A stretch of 64,000 bases of DNA from Proteromonas lacertae. Taxonomy: Eukaryota. A program made the position numbers and the translations under genes. This document shows, piece after piece, positions 25,676-37,100 of this stretch. Numbering within the stretch: the first letter of the stretch is position 1; each line of letters starts with the position of its first letter. The notes beneath the pieces were generated by a model that made no database searches, had not been told where the DNA came from, and saw nothing but the letters and a program-made list of their open reading frames with translations. The stretch lies in contig NGBS01000295.1 in NCBI GenBank assembly GCA_002245135.1, positions 1-64,000 on the forward strand, written 5' to 3'.

Positions 25676-27946
25676 TTGTATATTAGTAATTGATGCAAGT
25701 GGAACAAAACCAACTGATACATTATCAGGTGGAGGAAGTGGAGGAACAATATTTCTATCATTTGGATCTATAAGTGGTAATTTATCACTAAATATTAATG
25801 GAGGAAATGTATTTTTATTATATTTATTTATTATTGTTTTCCTATATGCGAATAGGGAACAGAATTAGGAGGTGGTCCTGGCGCAGGAGGTAGGTTATCA
25901 TTTCAATTAAAAGACACATCAATGTGTGGTAAATCATCAACATCAGCGACATTGAATATATCATCTAAAGGAGGAAGTAATAAATTTCGTAAAGGAAACT
26001 CTGGTTCATTATGGTCAAATTGTTTTCCATGTCCAATAGGAAAAGAAGGATTATTATGTACAACCTGTGGAACTGGTTATTATAAAGATAATATATCTGA
26101 ATTATTCTGTGTTCCTTGTACTAATAAACCAACTCATTCAGATTATGTAGAGACTAATAACCCAACATCTCCACTATGTCCATATAAATGTCAAGCTGGC
26201 TATGTAGGTGAATCATGTAATACCCCATCTCAAGGATATTTCAGTTCACCATTAGGTATTATTGTGCTTGGATCTATTGTATTATTATCATTTGGTGTTG
26301 GATTATATTATGCTTATTCAAAGATCAAAGGATATGAATATGATAATGGTAAAAGTGATATAGATTCATTATATAATAAAGATCAATTAAATGAAAGCGA
26401 TATAAGCCATTTCTTATTCAGAATTTATTTTAATGGAGATAATTCTTTCTTTTCAGTTTGGCATATATCTCCATATTTACGCAACGAATTCAATTCACTC
26501 GTTAGTTTCAATAAGTATAGACAGTTTGTAGCAGATTGTAATAAGGAATTGTCTTCTGTTATAAAACCTTATCATTATTTTACATATTTATTAATATATA
26601 TATTTATTTATCCATTATCTTTTGCTTACTTGAAATCAATGAGAAAGAATGTTATTAACCATTTTTCAAAGTATTTAAAGACTGTAGCTCCATATTTTAT
26701 CTATGTAAATAATGGTAAACAATTTACTATGAAATTCGGTTATTCATTTAACCTTGTAAGAGGTTATATTGATGTATTATTTCTTGGTAATTATAGTAAT
26801 AACATGTTATCACCATCATTTTCACCAGGTATAAAATTTCCTTTAGTTATTCCATGTAGTGGAACTGGTACTTATATTGATCCATTTATGATTGATACTA
26901 GAGATATGTTGGTAAGATCAATTCCTCATGCTCAATCTATAAGTGTATTTATTGATCAACCATGGTATGAATTCTTAAAGACAATTAATGATTATTTAAG
27001 ACAAGTTAATAGAAATAATTTGCCTTATACATTACAAGCATTCATTAGTTATTTATCTAATTATGCTGATAATGTATTACAATTGAAACATGCTGGTTTA
27101 ACAGTTCGATTTGGTAGATTTTGGTTAGGGTTTAATTCTGAAGATGAAGAATCATTTGCTCCTTCAAAATATACATTTGGAATAATGGTGAAATTATCCC
27201 AATCAAGACCAGCTAGTTATGATTCTCAAACAATATCAATAAGAGATTTAGCATTAGGATTAAAACGAGTTCCAGTTAATTCAAAGAAAGTATCGAAAAT
27301 GAATTCAAAAGATGAATTGTTGTTGAAAGAAGAGCAAAATGAAGATTTAATTGATACAACCTTACCTATACCAGGTATAATATATAACGATGAAAAAGAT
27401 ATACCTAAGAAGACCATATTTAAAGTAATATCATATTATTTTTCAAAATTTTTACCAAGAAATCTACCTAGTACTCATGAGACAAAATATGATTTGTTTC
27501 TATGGATATTAATGATTTTCTTATTTATTTGTGAATGTGGTATTTTTATAACCTTATTAATAGAATTTTGGTGTTTAAGATCTTATAATTCTGAAGGTGA
27601 AACATGTTCAAGAATTGGCTTATTTGCTTATATATTTATTCCACCTTTAGTTAATATCGTTTCACCAATTTATGGTTTATATTCTGTGTTATTACAAAGA
27701 GCTGTTCATACAAAGAGATTTTTATTATGGAACTTGTATTCATATATTAACATATTTGTATGTATATCTTTAATACCTGTTTCTGCTGATAAACTGGCTG
27801 TAACTTCAATGGTAGTAGTATCTATTATTGTAAGAACATGTTTGAATTATTTTGGTAGTAATTTTGTATCATATTTAGAACATCAAACTAGATCGTTGCA
27901 TTTGTCTTATTCTAGATCAATTATTAATGATAATAATCCAATTTAG
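23390..27946 (+). CDS. Secreted Gly-rich repeat / TNFR-EGF-like Cys-rich / multi-pass membrane protein, resembling the plant and oomycete 'glycine-rich, ephrin type-B receptor-like' family
   Basis: Signal peptide MLFVVLFIYYVSFCFC; repeated GGGSGGSI/GSGGG motifs; CPIGKEGLLCTTCGTGYYK...CVPCTNKP...CPYKC; RIYFNGDNSF; several C-terminal TM helices. Confidence 0.8.
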
Positions 27947-28135
27947 TTATTATGTTGTTGTTACTATTACTGCTGTTATATTTTATGTTTTATAATTTCT
28001 GTTATAATAATAATTATTATTATTAAACAATTTTGGAATTTTGGAATTTTCGATAAAAATAATTGGAGAACAAATCTTTGAACAAAAAATCATTTGTTAG
28101 TTCTTTAAAATTCTCAATAGTTCTTTGCTTATTAA

Positions 28136-28982
28136 ATGTCTAGAACAGTATATATAATGATCTACTTTTAGACGGAAGCTGCTAAATATGCTGAACAATG
28201 CGCTATGTCAAGATATAGCTGTAAATCATACAAAGACAAGCCGATTTCAGAAGGTATACTTGAAAGAATACTTGGGCATGCACAGGTATTATTATTAATA
28301 TATATGTTATTCAGAGAATGTGTACATCAATGAATTACCAACCTTATCGTGTAATTGTAATTAGAAGCGCAGGTGAAAGAGAAAAGTTTAGAAATTGTTT
28401 ATTACCTGCTAATGCTGAAGCAACATCAACTTGTCAAGCTTATGTTGTATTTGTTGCAGATGTTAGTATAATTATGAATTTATATGTTTTATAGATCCAT
28501 CCAATTCAGCTAAAATGTTTGAAGATATGATGCATAGATCAACAGCTCCTCAAGGAGCGATTGACTATGCTGTTTCTACAGGTAATCTATCTATTCTTTT
28601 ATCTAATAGTGACAACAATGTTTCCACCAGAGGCATGCACTGGAAAAACATCTGTTGCAGCTGTATATTTATCATTATATATCTATATTAGTCATGGGCT
28701 CATAAAAGTACAGGTTTAGTAATGGGTGCTTTTGAAATGTTGTGTGTATCATACGGTTTAGTCACTAAAGTCATGGAAGGATTCTATCCAGACAAAGTTG
28801 TTGATCACTTGAACATTCCTGAAGGCTTTGAACCATCTGCTGTTTTTGCTGTTGGATATCCAGGAAAGGATAGTAAATCACATGAAAGTGTTAGATATAA
28901 ACCTGAACAGGTAATATTCGAAAACAAATTCGGTAATAGCATGAAAAAAGCCTTTAATACAGATCCAAAAATCAAGAAATAG
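28136..28982 (+). CDS. FMN-dependent nitroreductase-family protein (5 short introns)
   Basis: Spliced SRYSCKSYKDKPISEGILERILGHAQRMCTSMNYQPYRVIV...GLVTKVMEGF...LNIPEGFEPSAVFAVGYP...SVR is the nitroreductase pattern. First intron is 24 nt. Confidence 0.85.
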
Positions 28983-29081
28983 AAACATCATAGAGTTTTA
29001 AATACTATTAAATACTATTAAATTTATGTGTATGAAATTCAAAAATTTGTTTGAATTTGGCTTAATCCTTTACAAAAAGAA

Positions 29082-30548
29082 CTAAATATCAGCGGGATCG
29101 ACGTAATCTTTTGGTTTTAAAGGCACTTCAACATATGTGCCAAAATCATCATCTGGCCCTATCTTTATATCTTTTTTATTCTCATACTTATTCACAATGC
29201 CAATTTCAATAATGCTATTCGTTGAATCAACTGTAACAGCAAAATTATTAATATTATTATCATCACATTCATTTTCATTGTTATTGCATTCTTGATATTC
29301 AATTCTTCTTTTAATCCAAGTATTATAAGCAGCAATAGATGTTAAAAATGGGAATATACTACACACTAATAAAGCACTTCTTAAACCAAACTGTTCTGGT
29401 TTTATTTTCAAATATTTACCTATATATTTCAATTTATCACTATGTTCCACTTTATCTGCTATTAATCCCATTAAAAATGGACCAAATCCACCTCCAAAAT
29501 CTCCAGAAGCTGCTAATATTCCTACTAATGAAGGACCAGCCATTGAATATCGAGTATAAGCAATAATTAATGCACCTGGCCATAACATCGAACAGCCAAA
29601 GCCACATATACCACAACACAATATATTCAACCAATTAAATGGAGATAAAGACATAAATAAATAACAGAATGTAACTAATAAAGCAGAACATACTAGAAAT
29701 GGAGATAGTTTTATTTTTTGACTATTTCTAGCAAATATTACTCTTCCAATACCTAAGAATAATGCAAATAATGAAACTCCTATCATATCTCCAACTAATT
29801 TATTAATATGTAAACCTTTTTCCATATAAGTAGAAGGCCATTCAACCATTATAACTTCTGCAGCAGATCCTACCATAATTTGAATCATTACATAATATAA
29901 GAATTTTTGGTGCAATAATTCCAACATTGATATATGTCCCCATTCGTCTTGTATTTGTTTAGGATAAGGAATGTAACATGAATACACTGCTTGTATTATA
30001 GAAGGAATCATTAAGAAATACATTATACCATACCAATACGAATAACTGACGAAGTGAACATATAATGATAATAAAGATACAGTTAAGATTTGACCAACTG
30101 CATAAATTGAATGAGAATAACCCATTTGAACAGCTGGATCATTCGATGGGATTGAATTTACTATTGAACTTGCCAATAATTCTCCTAAACCACCTCCAGC
30201 ACCTGTGAAAAAAGATCCAATTATAAATGTGACATAAACATTTTTAAATAAGTATGGAGTAAATGCAAATATTAGTAATCCAAATGCATTGATTATTGGA
30301 GCAGCTATTACAAAGTATCTATATCCCATTCTATCCAAAAACGGACTACAACTAATATCTGCGAATATTTGTCCTATATATGATATAAGTGACAGTGTTC
30401 CTATTTGTTCAAATGATAATGAGTACTCTTCTTTCAATGGTGACATTAAAATACTAATGTAAGTAGTTTGTATGGCATGCACTATATTTGCTAAATAACA
30501 ATTCAGTAATGTTGAATCATATGTTTCTAGAAACCTTAAAATCTTCAT
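29082..30548 (-). CDS. Major facilitator superfamily transporter (bacterial-type, fucose-permease-like), intronless
   Basis: About 12 hydrophobic segments, motif-A-like PFLDRMGYR, HSIYAVG, GDFGGGFGPFLMGLIAD. Likely start MKILRF at 30548. Confidence 0.85.
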   Translation of the reverse strand: MKILRFLETYDSTLLNCYLANIVHAIQTTYISILMSPLKEEYSLSFEQIGTLSLISYIGQIFADISCSPFLDRMGYRYFVIAAPIINAFGLLIFAFTPYLFKNVYVTFIIGSFFTGAGGGLGELLASSIVNSIPSNDPAVQMGYSHSIYAVGQILTVSLLSLYVHFVSYSYWYGIMYFLMIPSIIQAVYSCYIPYPKQIQDEWGHISMLELLHQKFLYYVMIQIMVGSAAEVIMVEWPSTYMEKGLHINKLVGDMIGVSLFALFLGIGRVIFARNSQKIKLSPFLVCSALLVTFCYLFMSLSPFNWLNILCCGICGFGCSMLWPGALIIAYTRYSMAGPSLVGILAASGDFGGGFGPFLMGLIADKVEHSDKLKYIGKYLKIKPEQFGLRSALLVCSIFPFLTSIAAYNTWIKRRIEYQECNNNENECDDNNINNFAVTVDSTNSIIEIGIVNKYENKKDIKIGPDDDFGTYVEVPLKPKDYVDPADI

Positions 30549-31494
30549 AATTAGAGAGAAAACAACAGAATTAAATACATTGAAACGGATATATTTTTTC
30601 TTTTTTATTCCTTTTATTACTGATAAAGATGAAATCGTGTGAACCAATTGTTTACAGTTATACGATAGATGCAGATTTCAAATATTTATACAAAATTATA
30701 TTTGTAATAACATTCTTTCTTGGATATCATATAAATATTTCATATGATGTATCTATAGTTTATAATATTGTAATTAGTCATTTATAAACAGTTCATTTCA
30801 TTTTATATATTTAATGTTAATCCTGTTGTTAGTTCTTCTTCTTAATTGCATTTTATCAACAACAGTTGAAGGTATAGTTCTGCATATACTTCTTCAATTT
30901 TAATATATAGAAAGTATAACAATTTATAGAGGGTTAGGATTTCAGCTGCATAGAAAAAGCTATTCAAACAAAACAGTAATTAGAGTATGTAGTGTTGTTT
31001 TGACTATATCTAGTTTATATCATTTGATACAGTTGAATCTATTTTTATTAATGAATCACTTACTTCCACATGTGTATATTATTACTTTGGAATAAATATT
31101 AAGAATGATAAGAATGTGATAGTCCCATTTTATGTATAATTTGTTAGTATATTTATTTTCTTTAGAATTCAAAACCTAATTTAACAGAATTAACTAAAAT
31201 TTATAGAGATTGTTATAATGAATTGGATATTTATAATAACTTAGTCAATTCTGACTAATTAGACTGTAGCATATATTTATTCTACTTCATTTTTTTTGTT
31301 TAGTATAAACTGTTATAAAAATATGTCATAATCATAGAACAACTAAAAATTCTAATGGATTCTTTTGGATTCTCTTGCATGACACGTGACTGGCTCTAAA
31401 ATGATTCGATAAAGTTCGGTCAAAATCGATACTGAATCGAAAATCTTCGTGTCAATTTTCTCTTAATTTCTCTTCATATTATTCTCGTATCAAA

Positions 31495-33713
31495 ATGAGT
31501 ATTCATTCATTATTTATATAATTTCGATAGAATCAGACTGTCCAGTATTAGATATTCAGAATTTGTGTGTTGCCTGTGATGAAAAAGTATGAGAGTATAC
31601 TATAATATTCATAGGAGATACTTCATGATATCAACTTAAGAATCAACAAAGGAGAAGTGCATGTGTTATTAGGCCAGAATGGAAGTGGTAAAAGTACATT
31701 ATTGAATGTGTTGATGGGTTTAAGTGGTTACAAAATCACAAAAGGCAAAATATACTTCATGGGTGAAGATATAACCGAAATGAGTATCAGTGATCGTGCG
31801 AACTTGGGAATGGGAATAATGTTTCAAAAAGCACCATCTATTCAAGGTTTAAAGTTGAAAACTCTAGTTAAGACTGCATTTGGTAAAAATAAAGATGACA
31901 TCGACATTAGCAATGCTTCTGAACAGAGTAATATGAAAGAGTTTTTAGAACGAGATGTGAATGTTGGCTTTTAGTGGAGGTGAAATGAAAAGATGTGAAT
32001 TACTTCAATTAAGTCTACAAGATCCTGAGTTTATAATGTTAGATGAGCCAGAAAGTGGAGTAGATTTAGAGAATATGAAGTTAGTTGGTGATTCTATTCG
32101 TAGGATTATTCATCGAAGTGATAAAACAAGAAGTGCTTTAGTAATAACTCACACAGGACATATTCTCTCTTATTTAAGTGCTTCAATAAGTCATATTATG
32201 TTAAATGGCAGAATTAACAGTTGTGGTGATGCTAGTGAATGTTTAAAAGTAATTCAAGAAAGTGGCTATGAAGAATGTTTAAAAAAGTTAGGTAGAATAT
32301 ATGACAAAGAATCTACTCTAGTAAATGTTGATCATATTGACAAAAAATGTAAGATTTATGAAGAATGTCCTAATCCTGATAGATTATGTTCATGTGGAAA
32401 GTATCCCTGGGAAAGCTTGCTTATGTGGAAAGCAAAGATGTAAAGGTTGTTTATGCAGAAATAATTTGGCAAAGAATGAAGAGAGATTAAATACAACAGT
32501 AACTGATGCAAATAGTAGAGTTACTGTTAATGTATTTGATGAAGATTTATATTCACCATTAATGGGATGAAATAGATTCATTAACATCATCTCTTCCTGA
32601 GATTAAGACTAAGGAAATTGAGAAAGTAAAAGTTTCATTAGATGATCCAAGTTTGTTCAATGGTGAATACAAACAGCTAAACAATGATTCAGTGTTTACA
32701 GTAGATAGTAATGAAGATGGAATTGAAGTGTTGAAATTAGCTGATGCAATAGCAAAATATCCAGGTTTTAAAGAAAAGTATTTGTGGAGAAATGTTCCAT
32801 TTGATAAAGATGATTATACAAAGGCAGTATATGAACATGAAAAGACTATATATAATGGTTATGTTATAATTGCTCATCCAGGAGCTAAGAATTTAAAACC
32901 TGTTAAAGCTCAATTATTAATGGAACAAATATCAATCCAATATGTTCATAACATTATGATAGCTGAAAAAGGAAGTAGTTTATCTGTTTCTAGTTTTTGT
33001 GGATTTTGTAATAAGAGAGATGAAGATGTTTTACCAGATGGATTTAATGGTCAACATTATGGAATAAGTGAATTCTTATGTAGAAGAAGATGCTCAATTA
33101 TCATTTTCAATGATTCATAATTATTGTTTAAATTACACAATTTATCCAAGAAGTGCCAGCTAGAGTAGAAAAGAACGGAACATTTATTTCAAGTTATGTG
33201 TGTTTAGATCCAGTAAACAAAGTTCAAATGAATCCTACTGCATTCTTGGTTGGTGAAAATGCTATTGCTCGATTTAGTTCCATTTTAGTTTCTCATGAAG
33301 GAGGTGTATTAGATATTGGTAGTACAGCCTTTTTACAAGCTCCAGGAACTAGTAGTGAATCTGTAACTCGTGCTTTAACAAAAGGTGGAACAATTATTGC
33401 TAAAGGCAGAATGGTAAGTGAAAGTGTTAAAACTACAGCACATATTGAGTGTCAGGGAATGGTATTGAAGAAAGGAATCATTCGAAGTATTCCAGAGATT
33501 GAAGGAGGATATGATTGTGAATTAAGTCATGAAGCAGCAGTAGGAAAGATTGCTCAAGAAAAAGTTGACTATTTAATGTCTCGTGGTATAAAAGAAGAAG
33601 ATGCTGTTTCAATTATTATTCGTGGATTTTTAGATGTAAAAATTAAAGGAATTCCTCCAATGTTACAAGAAGAAATTGATTACGTAATGGAAGAGGCAGC
33701 AAAAGGTTTTTAA
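31495..33713 (+). CDS. sufCB: SufCB fusion (Fe-S cluster assembly ATPase SufC + scaffold SufB), 2 introns, five +1 frameshifts as assembled
   Basis: GQNGSGKST, MFQ, FSGGEMKRCE, LDEPESGVD, ITH (SufC); HIECQG, PEIE, ELSHEAAVGKI, YLMSRGI, IIRGF (SufB). Removing one base at ~31970, ~32408, ~32565, ~33076 and ~33156 gives one continuous frame. Introns 31499-31530 and 31587-31614. Confidence 0.92.
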
Positions 33714-34174
33714 TTTCCTGAATTACCAACATTTAACTAAACATTTATAATCGTTGTTCGTTGTAAAGTTTTTTATAGGTTTAAATAAAAAGTATCGACT
33801 ACATTATTTCACAAATGCTAAATTACTACATAATTAAATGTACAAATCAAGAAAAACAATTTAATATCAGAAGCTCGACAAAGCTTGAGTGAAAGAAATA
33901 ATCAAGTATCTCATTTGATAATCATGATACGAAATAGAAAAGTGGGGCATTCAACATAATTATATTTTAATGACAGATTCAATGAATATTATGAGATTCT
34001 GATTTTATAAAATTTATAAAAAATCTACTCATTTATGTATGACTAAAATAATTGTATCAATAGCAGCATATTAGTCTGCTCGTTCCTTGGGGTAAATAAA
34101 TAATTGCACAACAAATTCAAAAATTCAAAAAAAAGATGTGAAACGAATAAGTTTGACGCATATCTTCTTTTAGA

Positions 34175-37100
34175 ATGAAAATCTTTCTTATTATCGTAGT
34201 GCTTGGTATTTATTAAAAGCAGTTATTTTATATAGGTTTAATATCGAGTAGAGTGAATGGGTTGAGCTGTAGTTATAGTAGATCAACTTTTACTATTCCC
34301 TATAGACAGCCATTTTCTGTAAAAGGTCCATCATGTGATGCAGTTATCGCTTCTTATTCTGTTGATAAGGTTCCTGAAGGTATCTCTTTTAATCCTTTAA
34401 CTGGTGGTTTTAGTGGTGTTGCACCAACCGCTCCAACAGGAACAATAGATAATACAACATCAGTTGTTACTATTAAATCGGTCACTGAACATATAACACT
34501 TAGTTTAGAATTCGTTAGTGGTGTATGGGGTGATAACAAAGGAGGTATTAGTGTAATATGGTTTCCAACAACTGATACAACATTCGATAAAGATATACTG
34601 ACTAAAGTCTTGAATCATGAGGTTAAATACAAAATCAATGTCGTAAATACAATGGACTATACGTGCAATCCAGGTTCTGCTGTTTGTCCATGGTCTTTTG
34701 GAGATGATATAGTTCATATATACAATATTTGGTACTTTTCAGTTTATTTTAGCACAACTGGATCAAAATCATTTACTAACTATAATGAAGGAGACACCTA
34801 TATGTATATCGATAGTATTACCAATCCACAAGGTCCATATAAAAATTATGATTATATAACTAAAACTTATGATGCTGGTTATCACTATTTCATTGTAGCT
34901 CAACTGAATTTAGATAGTCGAAGTAGAATAAAATTTAGTCTTAGCTATAATACTATTACATCATCTAATGTTAATACATGTCCTATTCAATTAGAATCTA
35001 TAGATTATGGTACAGAAAACATTGTATTTACTAAAAATCAATATCAAGAATTACCAATCTATTAACACAGGTTATGTACAAGACTGGACTGCTTCTCCTG
35101 TCTTACCAAAAGGTTTAGAAATATTGAAATCAGGTATAATCGCAGGTACACCATCTGAAGCTAGTGAACATAATAGTTATGATATTATTGGAACATCGTA
35201 TAATGGAAAATATAATGTAACTTTTAATTTAGATATTCAAGTATTAGATAGAACAGTTTCTAATTCAATTCTTGGATTAGAAGGTATGTATTATAAATCA
35301 AAAGGCAGAGGAATTGGAGTATAGAGACATATCGTCATCAAGTGATTCATTGAAGTTTAGAAGAATTGATACTATTGTTCAATCATCCAACTATTGATTA
35401 TAATATTTGGGATGGTTTAAATGGTAATTTTATTTCATCTTTTACAATCGTATGGAAAGGAATATTGAATATTCCAGCAACTGGTATTTATACATTCTAC
35501 TTAAATGCTTATGGTGGTGCTAGATTGAATATTGCAGGTATATCAATCATCAAAGACACTAGTGCTTTTGGTACAAGTGAAGGTTCAACATCATTATCAG
35601 CTGGTTTAGTTGATGTAGAATTATATTATTGGAAAACAAATCAAGATACTGCAAAACAGATTTACTTAGAATGGTCAACAACTTCAATTAGTAGATCTAT
35701 TATACCTGATGCTTTATTCTTCCATTTCCCTGAATATTCTTTTTATTATGAATACAATACCGCTTCTTATTTACTTGATAAACCAATAATCAACAACTGT
35801 CCAATATTCGTTAATATTGATAAAGCTCTTTACACTGTCTATTCAAGTGAACCTGAATTACCTCATGGATTGTCATTTACTGTTGATGGTTGTATCACAG
35901 GAACAATCAGTAATGAAATACCTAAAGGATATATTGAATATATTATATCTGCAAAATCAACTGACGTTTCTAAGAAAATATTAAAGAATAAGATCAATAT
36001 TGATTTTGAAAGTGTTATAGCTCCACAACAATTGATTTATGAGGATATTACTTCAGTAATTGGTGTTTCTGTTTACAAAATACCATTGATTCAAGCTACT
36101 GATTATAGTGTTCAAACCTCTGAATTACCAAAAGGATTGTCTCTTAATTCTGCAAATGGTATAATATCTGGTATTCCAACTGAACCAGTAAGTGAAACTG
36201 AATATAATGTCACTGTTACAAATGCAGCTGGTTCAATAACAAGATCTGTAAAAATCACCATCAATGATTGTCCAAATAATAGTCATTTCTTTCAAATGAA
36301 ATATATAACTGGTAGTGGAACTGGCTTGATTGTTCAAGCTCAATCAAATTCTCAATCAATCTATTATAATAATGATCATAAAGATGATTCATTTTATAGT
36401 TTATATAAGTGTGTTGATAATCCAATGGTCTATGTTGCATTTCAACTACCTGAAGGACGTGTTGGTACTTATGCAATTTATGAGAAAAGTAATATTCTAT
36501 TAAAATATGGGCAATATGAATCAAGAAAAGCAACTAGAATTGATGTTAATTTAGCTTATGAAAGTGTTACAATTACATTCTCCTATCCAGTACAACAAAT
36601 GGATTTAATAGCTGGAGAATATATTAATCTATTACCAACAATATTGATTGGAGGTGTTACTAAATTCAGTTTATTAGAGAATACAAACTTACCGAATGGT
36701 TTATTTTTGAATGAAACAAATGGTTTAATCTATGGAAATGTTGATTCAACTGGTAGTAATGGTAAAATATCAATAATTGCTTCAAATGATTATAAAGGTG
36801 CAACTATGAAATCTGCTGTATATGAAATTAATTATAACTATTACACTGGATGTCAAAATGGTCAAGTTCTATTAGCTGTTAATATTTATACAGGTGAAAG
36901 AAGTTCTCAAGTTTATTTCAAAATTACTGATGCAAATAATCAAGAAATCATCTTAATTAATGGTTTGAATTATAAACAGATATTTAGATACTCAAAATGT
37001 GTTAATAGTGGTAGTTATAATGTACAATATGGTAGTTTAGATAATAAACCATGGGATGGATATACTTATGCTGTAATAAAGAATCGTGATGCATTAGTTG

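Noticed and set aside
31495..33713. SufC and SufB as separate genes, or bacterial contamination
   Set aside because: A single-base correction at ~32565 fuses them, and two spliceosomal introns plus eukaryotic neighbours show nuclear integration.
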